Below, piece after piece: positions 24,849 to 34,922 of a stretch of 64,000 nucleotides of DNA. The DNA lies in NCBI RefSeq assembly GCF_016026235.1, contig NZ_CP065613.1. One strand, given 5' to 3'. The position numbers and the translations under genes are program-made. The notes below the pieces were generated by a model. The model did no database searches and was not told where the DNA came from. It saw nothing but the letters and a program-made list of their open reading frames with translations. This stretch comes from Escherichia coli. Its GTDB lineage: Bacteria > Pseudomonadota > Gammaproteobacteria > Enterobacterales > Enterobacteriaceae. How positions within the stretch are numbered: the first letter of the stretch is position 1; each line of letters begins with the position of its first letter.

Positions 24849-25534
24849 GTAGCTTTTGGGAAGGTATTTTGTCATCAAGCATTTCATTTGCAATTATTGG
24901 ATTTGTTTGTAAGGCTTTTTTACAACATATTGATAAAAGAGAGTTAGAATCATTTAAAAATAAGTTGAAATATGAAAGTGAACAGAGAATTAAAGAGGAT
25001 GAACGTGCTTATAATTTTAAAAAAGCAAGAGATCTTGAAATCGGACGTTGGGGGTTAACATTACTTAGTGCTGCAAATGGTTTTTTAGGAAGGCTATGTT
25101 ATATTAAAGATCACAATGACCTATCGTCGGATCAATATTATATTGATAGTACAAGATTCTATCTATGCCAATATTTTTGCTGGGTACATCAATTCAGGAA
25201 AAATAGAGATTCATCTGTATTTTCACCAACTAATGATGAAATGTTAATAACTGAATTAATCAAAAATATTTCTATAGCCCTACGAGAGAACGATATTGGT
25301 TTTCCTTGTATTAGATCTCTTGAACAAAAGTATATAGGTGAAAGCCTTAGCATTGGTGCTGAATGTATGTCCTATAAAGATTTTATCGATTCTAAAGTAT
25401 TAGAAAACTATGCACCTCTAAATGATTTTGTTGAAGCAATTCTACAAAATAATAATAAAGATTATATCGATAAACTCGTTATCCCATTCCAAGATCTCAA
25501 GACCAGATTTGATGCGGCATTACAAAATAAATGA
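24845..25534 (+). CDS. hypothetical protein with N-terminal transmembrane helix, translationally coupled to the RT-nitrilase gene
   Basis: 229-aa ORF; ATGA start/stop overlap with the RT tail; hydrophobic segment ILSSSISFAIIGFVCKAFL; AT-rich like the RT gene. Confidence 0.6.
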   Translation: MSSFWEGILSSSISFAIIGFVCKAFLQHIDKRELESFKNKLKYESEQRIKEDERAYNFKKARDLEIGRWGLTLLSAANGFLGRLCYIKDHNDLSSDQYYIDSTRFYLCQYFCWVHQFRKNRDSSVFSPTNDEMLITELIKNISIALRENDIGFPCIRSLEQKYIGESLSIGAECMSYKDFIDSKVLENYAPLNDFVEAILQNNNKDYIDKLVIPFQDLKTRFDAALQNK

Positions 25535-25735
25535 TTTTTTTACCTGCGCGCAATGCTCTCCCCGCCTCGCCCGCCCGCTTTGCGGGGCGGTTTTAATGCA
25601 GTTGCACTGACACGCTCAGACCGCGCCGGGAATGGCGCGGTCTGCAGAAAATGAGGCAGGGAAACGCATGCAAAGCCATGCACCTTATCGATGCATGGCT
25701 TTTTTCAGTAAAAACAGGCGGATTTTCGGGGAATT

Positions 25736-26279
25736 TTACACAGACTGACGTGATGCCAGTTGCGCACTTTTACGCGAAAAAATCATGTTCTGCGCAGGGG
25801 TGAATTTTTCACGGCTGTCATCCACCGAAGCCGCGTCAGGCCTGAATCCGATGGTCGTTAAAATGTCGCTATCCTGTGCGGAATAATTAATTTTTTCACC
25901 CTTCGCAAGCCAGGACAGGAGGGCTTCACGCAGGGCATCTGTGGCACGCTGTATGGCACAGTTTCGGGCAATGGCCGTCAGCTCACTGTAGCCCATCAGC
26001 TCCGGTGCCAGTGCCGCCGCCAGTGCTGTGCCGTGCTGCTGCATAAAATCATTCAGCCGGTCGCGGATGCTGATGTGCTGAACGGCTTCATGCGAACGAA
26101 TATAACGACCGGCGGCCTGATTCACCTGCCATTTTCTGACTTCGATAATATTGCGTAATTCGTCCAGGCGACTGACGTTTCTGCCTTCTCCTGACAGAAG
26201 CCGCAGATATTCCTGTTCGGCCGCAGCCAGCTCATTTTTGCGTTGCAGCCATGCTGCTTTGTTATTCTGACAGGTGTCA
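25736..26279 (-). pseudogene. psu: P4 Psu-like (polarity suppression) protein, 5' end truncated by IS1
   Basis: 180-aa alpha-helical product recognised as P4 Psu-like; the first codons of ORF 25736..26293 are read from IS1 terminal sequence, so the native start is missing. Confidence 0.55.
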
Positions 26280-26334
26280 GGTAATGCTGCCAACTTACTG
26301 ATTTAGTGTATGATGGTGATTTTAAGGTGCTTGC

Positions 26335-26610
26335 GTGGCTTCCATTTCCATCAGATGTGCTTCCTGCTCCGCTACTGAAGGCGTGGTGCGTAACGGCAAA
26401 AGCACTGCCGGACATCAGCGCTATCTCTGCTCTCATTGCCGTAAAACATGGCAACTGCAGTTCACTTACACCGCCTCTCAGCCCGGTACGCACCAGAAAA
26501 TCATTGATATGGCCATGAATGGCGTCGGATGTCGCGCCAGTGCACGCATTATGGGCGTTGGCCTCAACACGGTTTTACGTCACTTAAAAAACTCAGGCCG
26601 CAGTCGGTAA
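26335..26610 (+). CDS. insA: IS1 InsA
   Basis: 91-aa product with zinc-finger CxxC...CxxC and HTH, matching InsA. Confidence 0.9.
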   Translation: MASISIRCASCSATEGVVRNGKSTAGHQRYLCSHCRKTWQLQFTYTASQPGTHQKIIDMAMNGVGCRASARIMGVGLNTVLRHLKNSGRSR

Positions 26611-27032
26611 CCTCGCGCATACAACCGGGCAGTGATGTGATTGTCTGCGCTGAAATGGACGAACAGTGGGGCTACGTCGGTGCTAAATCACGTCAGCGCT
26701 GGCTGTTTTACGCGTATGACAGGATACGGAGGACGGTTGTGGCGCACGTCTTCGGTGAACGCACTCTGGCCACACTGGAGCGTCTTCTGAGCCTGCTGTC
26801 GGCCTTTGAGGTCGTGGTATAGATGACGGATGGCTGGCCGCTGTATGAATCACGCCTGAAGGGAAAGCTGCACGTTATCAGCAAGCGTTACACTCAGCGC
26901 ATTGAGCGACATAATCTGAATCTGAGACAACATCTGGCAAGGCTGGGACGGAAGTCACTGTCGTTCTCAAAATCGGTGGAGCTGCATGACAAGGTCATCG
27001 GGCATTATCTGAACATAAAACACTATCAGTAA
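26529..27032 (+). pseudogene. insB: IS1 InsB with internal TAG stop at 26820..26822
   Basis: InsB frame is split into ORFs 26529..26822 and 26823..27032 by one stop where IS1 normally has a Trp codon (VVIWMTDGW). Confidence 0.7.
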
Positions 27033-27345
27033 GTTGGAGTCATTACCCGGCGTGCGTGCCAGGTACAGTCGTTCGGCTGGAAAAATACGGGGGCTGAGCC
27101 TGCTGGCAACACTGAGCACAATAGTGCGGTGGCTTATTGGCTATCACGCTTAAAATAAAGGGGTAGATCTGAGACAGCAGGCCAACAGAATTAAAACGCG
27201 GCGGGTAATATCGTATCTGACATTAGCGAAGAATATCTTGCGATACTCCTCGCTAATTTTAAAACGAATGGTGCTGATCACCGTTCTTAATCACTTCGCC
27301 AGAACCGACCATAATATGGTGTTGGTTTATTAGCGCTGATTCATG

Positions 27346-27358
27346 GGGATCCCTCAGT
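27346..27358. repeat. solo 13-bp match (GGGGATCCCTCAG) to the terminal repeat of the IS4-family element
   Basis: Exact reverse-complement of the IS left terminus (CTGAGGGATCCCC) with no adjacent IS body. Confidence 0.4.
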
Positions 27359-27380
27359 GCTTTTGCGGTTTTTTATATCT

Positions 27381-28205
27381 TTAAAGCAGTAGCGGTAGGG
27401 TCGCGCTGGCAGTTTGCTGGCTCACATCGCTGTACTTATGATCCAGCGCAATCAGCGATGTGGTGAGTAACTCTACCAACAGCATAACTCCCACCTTGGC
27501 ATTCAGCGCGCCAGCGCTCAAGGGGCCTTCCGGTTTGGCCGCGACCAGTTGAATATCACTCAGCGAAGCTAACGGACTGCGCGGCGTATTACTCAGCGCC
27601 AGTACACGCACACCTTGCTTACGCGCTAGTTTTACGACATGCAGCAGATCGCGCGTGGATCCAGAACTGGAAATCGCCACCACGAACGTGTTTTTACTAA
27701 GTGTTGTGGCGTTCATGGCAGCACGATGCATATCGCTGAACAATTGTGCGGGTTTCCCCAGACGCAGGAGTTTGTAATGTAAATACTCCCCCAGAATAGC
27801 ACTGGCTGCTACGCCATAAATCTGTACTGACTGAGCCTGATGCAGTGCAAGCGTGGCTGCTTCCAGCAAGGTCCTATCGAGTAATTTTGCTGTGTCCTGT
27901 AGTGCTTGCACGGATTCATTGACCACATTGTCAATCTCATCACCGCCGTACTCTACAGACTGTACTTGTCGGAGATCGAGTGCAAGCGCCATTTTGAATT
28001 CGTTATAGCCCTTACACCCCAGCGTTCGGCACAGACGTGTGACGCTAGCCTCGCTGGTGCCGCTTTCACGCGCCAGTTCGGTAATCGTCAGGTAGACAAC
28101 TTTTGCCGGATCGCTAAGTACAAACTCTCCCAGCTTCTGTTGAGTTCGACTATATCCATCAACGCTCTGGCGCAATCTCAGCAGCAGGTTTTCATTTTCT
28201 GGCAT
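27381..28205 (-). CDS. RpiR/MurR-family transcriptional regulator (HTH + SIS domain)
   Basis: 274-aa ORF; N-terminal HTH (LTITELARESGTSEASVTRL) and SIS sugar-phosphate-binding region; divergent from the PTS gene. Confidence 0.8.
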   Translation of the reverse strand: MPENENLLLRLRQSVDGYSRTQQKLGEFVLSDPAKVVYLTITELARESGTSEASVTRLCRTLGCKGYNEFKMALALDLRQVQSVEYGGDEIDNVVNESVQALQDTAKLLDRTLLEAATLALHQAQSVQIYGVAASAILGEYLHYKLLRLGKPAQLFSDMHRAAMNATTLSKNTFVVAISSSGSTRDLLHVVKLARKQGVRVLALSNTPRSPLASLSDIQLVAAKPEGPLSAGALNAKVGVMLLVELLTTSLIALDHKYSDVSQQTASATLPLLL

Positions 28206-28370
28206 GCAAAATCCTTAATGCGTTTCTCTGCCGATAGTGTGGCGGAAAGTAGGGGAGAGATGCCAGTCATTTTAAAAAAGTATGATCGGTGTCTTGGTTT
28301 TTGATGGTAATTTTCATTTTTAAAATTAGTTATGGTAAAAATTTTTATCAATAATCGGGGAGATGAAAAA

Positions 28371-29927
28371 ATGATGCAAATATTTAGCGGCGCTTCGTCA
28401 GGCGCATGGTTTGAAAAAGCGCAGCGGTTCGGCAAATCGTTCATGCTGCCGATTGCGGTATTGCCCGCAGCGGGGTTGTTGTTGGGGATTGGTGGGGCTC
28501 TGTCGAATCCCAATACGTTGACGGCCTACCCATTCTTGAATGTCGACTGGCTGCAGGCAATCTTCACAATCATGACCAGCGCAGGTTCTATTGTGTTTGC
28601 CAACCTGTCGGTACTCTTTGCGGTCGGCGTCGCCGTGGGGCTGGCGAAATCGGATAAAGGCACTGCCGGGCTTGCGGCATTGCTAGCGTTTCTGGTGATG
28701 AATGCTACCATCAACGCCTTATTAACGCTAAATGGAACGTTGGCGCACAAGAACCCCGGTTCAGTTGGCCAGGGGATGACGCTTGGTATTCAGACACTGG
28801 AAACTGGTGTGTTTGGTGGGGTGGTGATTGGTCTCGTCACCTGCACGTTACATAGCCGTTTCAATAAAGTCTCACTACCTCAGTTTCTCGGTTTTTTTAG
28901 TGGTTCTCGTTTTGTACCCATTATCAGCTCCCTTGCCGCGATAGTAGTGGGTGCGGTTATGACGGTGGTGTGGCCGCATTTCCAGAAACTCATTTTTGGA
29001 CTGGGCGGCCTGGTGGATGCGACGGGCTATCTGGGGACGCTGTTGTACGGCTTCATCCTGCGTATGCTTGGTCCACTGGGTTTACACCATATCTTTTATT
29101 TGCCGTTCTGGACGACGGCGCTGGGCGGCAGTGAAATCGTCAACGGCCAGTTGGTTGAAGGTACGCAGCGGATTTTCTTTGCCCAACTTGCCGATCCGAA
29201 TACGCAGCAGTTCTACGCGGGTACCGCTCGCTTTATGTCCGGGCGCTTTATCACCATGATGTTTGGCCTGCTTGGCGCATGTCTGGCAATGTACCATACG
29301 GCAAAGCCGGAGAATAGAAAGGTTGTCGCCGGACTACTTTTGTCGGCAGCCTTGACCTCTTTCCTGACGGGAATCACTGAGCCTGTTGAGTTCTCCTTCC
29401 TGTTTGTCGCGCCCGTATTATACGTAATTCACGCCTTCTTCGATGGTCTGGCGTTTATGGTCGCCCATATTTTACATATCACTATTGGGCAAACCTTTTC
29501 GGGCGGGCTTATCGATTTCCTTCTCTTCGGCGTGTTGCAGGGGGAATCTAAAACAAACTGGATGTATGTCCCCATAGTGGGAATACCGTGGTTCTTCCTT
29601 TACTACTTCACTTTCCGCTATTTGATTAACCGCTTTGGCTGGCTGACGCCGGGTCGTGAGAACGTAACCCTGGTTGAATCCGGCCAGCCTCAGAGTGAAC
29701 GCGCAGCGGCAGTCATTGCCGGGCTGGGAGGCAAAGAGAATCTGGAAGAGGTGGACTGTTGCGCCACGCGCCTGCGCGTGACGGTTAAAGAGAGCAGTAA
29801 GGTAGATGAAGCTGCGCTGAAAGTGACCGGAGCGCGTGGCGTGATTATTCGCGGCAACGGCGTTCAGGTGATTTATGGCCCTCATGTCACCATCATTAAA
29901 AACGAAGTCGAAGAGATTTTATCGTAA
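28371..29927 (+). CDS. PTS glucose-family EIICB component
   Basis: Polytopic EIIC followed by EIIB motif CATRLR; GGGGAG Shine-Dalgarno ahead of ATG at 28371 (ORF track starts at 28332). Confidence 0.8.
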   Translation: MMQIFSGASSGAWFEKAQRFGKSFMLPIAVLPAAGLLLGIGGALSNPNTLTAYPFLNVDWLQAIFTIMTSAGSIVFANLSVLFAVGVAVGLAKSDKGTAGLAALLAFLVMNATINALLTLNGTLAHKNPGSVGQGMTLGIQTLETGVFGGVVIGLVTCTLHSRFNKVSLPQFLGFFSGSRFVPIISSLAAIVVGAVMTVVWPHFQKLIFGLGGLVDATGYLGTLLYGFILRMLGPLGLHHIFYLPFWTTALGGSEIVNGQLVEGTQRIFFAQLADPNTQQFYAGTARFMSGRFITMMFGLLGACLAMYHTAKPENRKVVAGLLLSAALTSFLTGITEPVEFSFLFVAPVLYVIHAFFDGLAFMVAHILHITIGQTFSGGLIDFLLFGVLQGESKTNWMYVPIVGIPWFFLYYFTFRYLINRFGWLTPGRENVTLVESGQPQSERAAAVIAGLGGKENLEEVDCCATRLRVTVKESSKVDEAALKVTGARGVIIRGNGVQVIYGPHVTIIKNEVEEILS

Positions 29928-30616
29928 TGAAAACTGTACTGGATTCCCTGAAAGGTAAATTAATCGTCTCCTGTCAGGCTCTGGAAAATGAGCCTCTACA
30001 TAGTCCGTTTATTATGTCACGTATGGCGCTGGCGGCAGCACAAGGTGGTGCTGCAGGTATCCGTGCCAACAGCGTGGCGGATATTAGTGCTATCAAAGAG
30101 ATTGTCTCCCTTCCGATGATAGGGATTATCAAACGCGATTACCCTGGCAGTGAGGTGTTTATCACGGCCACTCTCCGGGAAGTGGATGAGTTGATGACCG
30201 TTGAGCCGGAAATTATTGCCCTGGATGCTACTGCGCGCCCGCGCCCTGGTGGTCAGACGCTGGAAGAACTGGTCACGCAGATCCGCGCTCGCTACCCGTC
30301 CGTACTTCTGATGGCAGATATAGCAACAGTAGAAGAGGCGGTGACAGCTGAACGTCTGGGTTTTGACTGTGTGGGCACTACGCTCTACGGCTATACCGCA
30401 GAAACTGCCAGGCATGTGCTGGCGGAAAATGACTGTGGATTCTTACGTGAGGTCCTGGCAGCGGTCAGCGTTCCGGTTGTGGCGGAAGGGAACGTCGATA
30501 CCCCGGAACGTGCCGCACGTTGCCTAACATTAGGCGCTCATACCGTGGTGGTTGGGGGGGCAATCACTCGTCCGCAGCAGATAACGACACGCTTTATCGC
30601 GGCGATCGCCTCGTAA
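29927..30616 (+). CDS. putative N-acetylmannosamine-6-phosphate 2-epimerase (NanE family)
   Basis: 229-aa TIM-barrel-like product; start overlaps the EIICB stop (TAATG). Confidence 0.75.
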   Translation: MKTVLDSLKGKLIVSCQALENEPLHSPFIMSRMALAAAQGGAAGIRANSVADISAIKEIVSLPMIGIIKRDYPGSEVFITATLREVDELMTVEPEIIALDATARPRPGGQTLEELVTQIRARYPSVLLMADIATVEEAVTAERLGFDCVGTTLYGYTAETARHVLAENDCGFLREVLAAVSVPVVAEGNVDTPERAARCLTLGAHTVVVGGAITRPQQITTRFIAAIAS

Positions 30617-30643
30617 AGCACCGATGGGGTATGATACTTTGGT

Positions 30644-30673
30644 GGGGATAAGCGATAATTATCGCTTATCCCC
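30644..30673. repeat. perfect 30-bp palindrome GGGGATAAGCGATAATTATCGCTTATCCCC
   Basis: Exact dyad symmetry directly downstream of the NanE-like gene, without a T-run. Confidence 0.6.
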
Positions 30674-31856
30674 ATATTGAGAGTGTTATGCAGTACCCGA
30701 TTAGCTAGATTTTCCAGACCCTGCAAGGTGAGGGGGACTATTGACGCGCTGGACGAACTATTCGCCACGCTGAGCTACGACAAACCGCGGGTGATTGCGC
30801 TGCACTTTAAAATTTCCGAAGGTTATACCCTGTTGATGCTGATTACCACCTTCACCAGCTGCCTGATATTGTGCAAAAACTACGGCTGGTGAAGGTTGGT
30901 TTTACCATTACTGCTGTATATACCCTGCAACTGTTATGGCTGAATGGCGAGCAGTACATCCTTCCGTGTCTTATCAACACCATTATTGGTTGTTTAATTG
31001 CTTCGGCGGTACCGTCTGGTTGTGGTCACAGTGGTATAACGGGTTATTGCGTAAGAATGCCCATGACGCTTCAGAAGCCTATCAGAAAGTGATATTGGCT
31101 CAGCAGCACTTTACAAACGGCGGTACAGTGGCTGGGAGATTATTGCCGATCCGATATGCCGCATTAATGAGAGAGTTCATCATAGGAGAACGCTTTTGCC
31201 AAATAAACCACCTGCCTGTCGTCCAGAATCGCCGCGTAGCTGGTTTTCCCAACCGTTTGCTCAGAAATGAGATCAATAGCCGCAAATCGCGGGCCTGATC
31301 GATGCTTTCAATATAGTTAGCCGCCATTTTTTGCAGCGCCAGGCCCACGTGATACAAGCGTGTATCCGGCATATAGAGCGGATAGTCGTTATCGAGAAAC
31401 TCCTGAGTCAGGCAGTGGGCGGAGCTTCTGGGAATATAGAGGTAATCTGCGAGGCGATCTGATGTATAATCTGTTTAGTAAGAGTAGCGTTTTTAACGCT
31501 ATTACGTCCATGGTGTAGCCTATATGCAGGCAAAGTTCATATCCTTGAGTTTTATGTCAGCCTCTTCCTTTAAGCATCTACTTGGTGTCTATCGTTACTT
31601 CGCACACAAGCATCATGTATATGATGTAACGAAATTAGTTAACGCCCTTATAAGAATCAAGACGTTATCGGGACGCTGTTAACCTGGCTATCCATCCCAA
31701 AACCGGTGCTGACTGGCAATAGCGCGGACAGCAAAATCGGGTGATGACACCGGGGCAGAATGAAAAATATTATCTTGCTGGCGCGTTACATAGCTGAACG
31801 GGCAAAGTCTGCTACGTGGGCAGTAACCGCAAAGTTCAGCCTTATTTATCAGTCTG

Positions 31857-32090
31857 TTGAAGCAACTGAAGTCTGTGTACCGGCGGGCAAAAACGATGCC
31901 CCTCATCGTGGATAATTACATTATTCACAAAAGCCGGGAAACGCAGCGTTGGCTGAAGGAAAATCCGAAGTTCAGGGTGATTTATCAGCAAGTTTACTCG
32001 CCATGGGTAAATCATTTTGAACGGCTATGGCAGGCGCTTCATGAAACGATAACGCGCAATCATCAGTGCCGGAGATGTGGCAGTTGCTGA
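31857..32090 (+). pseudogene. C-terminal fragment of a DDE transposase (IS630-like motif YSPWVNHFERLW)
   Basis: 77-aa ORF with no N-terminal catalytic domain; surrounding frames broken. Confidence 0.4.
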
Positions 32091-32176
32091 AAAAAGTCCA
32101 ACACTTTATGGAAACTGCCAGTCCGTTCCCCGGCGGGAGACATGGTCTGGCAAAAGTGTAGCGGTATTAGGCGCAG

Positions 32177-32470
32177 CTATTTAGCGACATATTCCTTTGT
32201 TTTATCGTCAGTTCGTAAACGTCCGATAGCGATGATGTGAAGTGCACTATTTGCAGCACGCTCCCCACCCCGATTAAGTCGGTAACGGTTCATTTTTTTA
32301 GAAGATACGGTAACCGAGTTGACACCACACAGCACCGCAAAACCTGATTCTATTCTTAGCCGTTGGGGATTATCTCCGGCAGTGATGAGCAACTGCGAAG
32401 CGCTTTCGTATCCAACAGCATTACGTTTAATCAGTTCAGGTGCCAGTTCATCGACAATTGCCGCAATCAT
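32177..32470 (-). pseudogene. C-terminal fragment of an IS110-family-like transposase
   Basis: 97-aa ORF whose pattern (GVNSVTVSSKK...RGGERAANSALHIIAIGRLR) parallels the C-terminal region of the intact IS110-family protein at 36419..37546. Confidence 0.35.
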
Positions 32471-32861
32471 GACATCAAGGTCGGCGATTTCATCATGTAA
32501 CTCGAAATAGCGTCAGGCAAGTGATTTCAATGCAATGCGATAAACGTTGGTAACATTACGATATTCACTGGCACTAGGCTTCCAGGATCCCGGAGTCCTG
32601 ATAAGTTGCATACGTGTCATATTTCTGAGTGGTTCGCGTAATTCATCCGGTGCAGAGATAATATAGGAATGGATAATCTGGAGAGCGACTCTGCAGGCTG
32701 ATATTGCGGTTTTGCGGCAAGTTTTTGGCATCCGCTTCTACGCCAAATACCTGAAGTAGGAATGGATGCGTTAGCAGCATACATCCGGATCTGCGCGGGG
32801 AATAGCCGGAAACGGCTATCCCTACCACAATAGCTAACTTTGTAATAGTGCCCTTTTAGGC

Positions 32862-33893
32862 TCATGTACTCTGACGTAATTCTATCTGGTAGTTGAATTG
32901 CACGATACGCGACTCTTCTGATTCATCATGATTATTATTCAATAGCCCAATCAGTAACTTACCCGTCTCTATCCCCATTTTTTTGTAGTCAATACGGATG
33001 GATGTCAAGGTTGGGTGTGTTTGATCGCAATTGTCTGAACCATCAAGACAAGCTACAGCGATATTTTCAGGAATTTTTAACAAACGCCGCTGGCACTCAA
33101 ACATGATACCCAGCGCAATCTCTTCGTGGCTGCAAATCACAGCATCCAGCTCTGGTTGTCGCAGTAATATCTCGTTTAATGCGTAACGCCCCAATTGCAG
33201 ACTTGCGGCATCCGGCATGGTGATAACAAGATCAGAGTTCTGGTAATGGCTCAACATTGCTTTATGCCAGCCGTTCAGTTGCTGACGTTGCAGGCGGTTG
33301 TCCATATGCGCACCGATAAATCCGATATTCTTATAACCCTGTTCCAGCAGATGTTCGGTCAGTTTATGTGATGCTTCAAAAAATGCTGTTTCGATGGTAA
33401 TTTGAGCCGGACTGAAAGGGGAACCGACAACGTTAATGGTAGGTATATTTGTTTTCTCGAGTATCTGGTGAGTTTTATCAGCCAACTGAGAACCAAAAAT
33501 AACTAACGCCGCCGGGTTGCCTTGAAGAAGCGTCATCAGAATTTCAGCTTCTTTGAGCTGATTATACTCATGACACCCAAGCAGTAGCTGGAATTCATTT
33601 TTATTAAGCACCTGCTGCAACGACTGCATAAAGCGGGAGCTGGCTTTATCTGTCAGGGAAGGAACCAGTACGGCGACTGTATCACTGTGACCAGATGCAA
33701 GGGCGCCAGCAGTTCTGTTGGGAATATAACCCAACTCTTCTACGGCCTGTTCTATCTTTTCCCTCAGCTTGTCAGATACCTGTTCCGGTGTTCTCAGCGC
33801 ACGGGAAACGGTCATGGTTCCGACACCTGCAAAGTTAGCGACCTCCTGCAGCGTCACCCGTCCGGTACCACGGCGCTTACGTGTTTTTTCCAT
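32862..33893 (-). CDS. LacI-family transcriptional regulator
   Basis: 343-aa ORF with N-terminal HTH (TLQEVANFAGVGTMTVSRAL) and sugar-binding domain; divergent from the PTS operon. Confidence 0.8.
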   Translation of the reverse strand: MEKTRKRRGTGRVTLQEVANFAGVGTMTVSRALRTPEQVSDKLREKIEQAVEELGYIPNRTAGALASGHSDTVAVLVPSLTDKASSRFMQSLQQVLNKNEFQLLLGCHEYNQLKEAEILMTLLQGNPAALVIFGSQLADKTHQILEKTNIPTINVVGSPFSPAQITIETAFFEASHKLTEHLLEQGYKNIGFIGAHMDNRLQRQQLNGWHKAMLSHYQNSDLVITMPDAASLQLGRYALNEILLRQPELDAVICSHEEIALGIMFECQRRLLKIPENIAVACLDGSDNCDQTHPTLTSIRIDYKKMGIETGKLLIGLLNNNHDESEESRIVQFNYQIELRQST

Positions 33894-34163
33894 TTCGACT
33901 CCATGGATAATTACAACCAGCTGTTTTCATTACTGTTATTTCACCATTACTCTTTCCAGTTTTTGCCCACGGTAGCAAATATCCTGTTGCATTGTATATG
34001 CAGGAACCGAATATAGCCAAAGCATGGCGGCAGAGAAATGATAGCGCTATCACAAAGATTGGTAGCGTTATCAGATAGCGCTATCAAATGCGACAATCAT
34101 CACATTAATTAATGCGTAAAATATCTACTCTCCTGTTAATTATCATCGGGAGTTATCAGTAGC

Positions 34164-34607
34164 ATGTTAAAAAATCTATTAAATACAGAGGTCGTTCAGG
34201 TCGTGGAACAGGCCAAAGACTGGCGGGAAGCCGTGGCGATTTCATGCCGGCCGTTGATTGAAAACGGTTCTATCGAACCGCGTTATGTTGATGCGATCTA
34301 TCGCTCGCACGACACTATCGGTCCGTACTATGTGGTTGGCCCTGGTATTGCGATGCCTCATGCGCGCCCGGAAGAGGGAGCTAACAAGCTGTCATTAGCA
34401 CTGACCCTGATCCCTTCAGGTGTGAATTTTGATGCCGATGAAAACGATCCAGTGAAATTACTGATTGTGCTGGCTGCAACCGACAGTACCAGCCACATTG
34501 AAGCGATTTCTCAACTCGCCAAGTTATTCGATAACGAAAAAGACATACAGGCCATTTTGATGGCCAAAACGACGCAGGACATTTTGTCTGTTATTGCGCG
34601 CTATTAA
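34164..34607 (+). CDS. PTS EIIA component (ascorbate/mannitol-type)
   Basis: 147-aa ORF with phosphorylatable His region GIAMPHAR. Confidence 0.75.
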   Translation: MLKNLLNTEVVQVVEQAKDWREAVAISCRPLIENGSIEPRYVDAIYRSHDTIGPYYVVGPGIAMPHARPEEGANKLSLALTLIPSGVNFDADENDPVKLLIVLAATDSTSHIEAISQLAKLFDNEKDIQAILMAKTTQDILSVIARY

Positions 34608-34622
34608 TCCAGAGGAACATTT

Positions 34623-34910
34623 ATGAAAATTACAGTGGTTTGCGGTAACGGCTTAGGCACCAGCCTGATGATGGAAATGAGCATTAAAAGCATTTTGAAG
34701 GATTTGTCCGTCAGCGCTGATGTTGATCACGTCGACCTGGGCTCCGCGAAAGGGACGCCGAGTGATATCTATGTCGGCACCAAAGACATTGCCGAGCAGT
34801 TAGTCGCGCAGTCTGTCGCAGGCAAAATCGTCGCACTGGAAAATATGATTGATAAGAAAGCCATGAGAGAACGTTTATCCGTGGTATTAAACGAATTAGG
34901 CGCACTGTAA
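34623..34910 (+). CDS. PTS EIIB component (ascorbate-type)
   Basis: 95-aa ORF with N-terminal Cys motif VVCGNGLGTS. Confidence 0.75.
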   Translation: MKITVVCGNGLGTSLMMEMSIKSILKDLSVSADVDHVDLGSAKGTPSDIYVGTKDIAEQLVAQSVAGKIVALENMIDKKAMRERLSVVLNELGAL

Positions 34911-34922
34911 GCTGGGGGCGAT

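Larger units (their letters stand above)
26280..27047 (+). mobile_element. IS1 variant (768 bp) without flanking target-site duplication
   Basis: Terminal repeats GGTAATGCTGCCAACTTACTGAT / ATCAGTAAGTTGGAGTCATTACC; insA and insB reading frames; A6C frameshift motif TTAAAAAACTC. Confidence 0.9.

Noticed and set aside
26122-26493. 123-aa minus-strand ORF
   Set aside because: Lies inside IS1, antisense to insA
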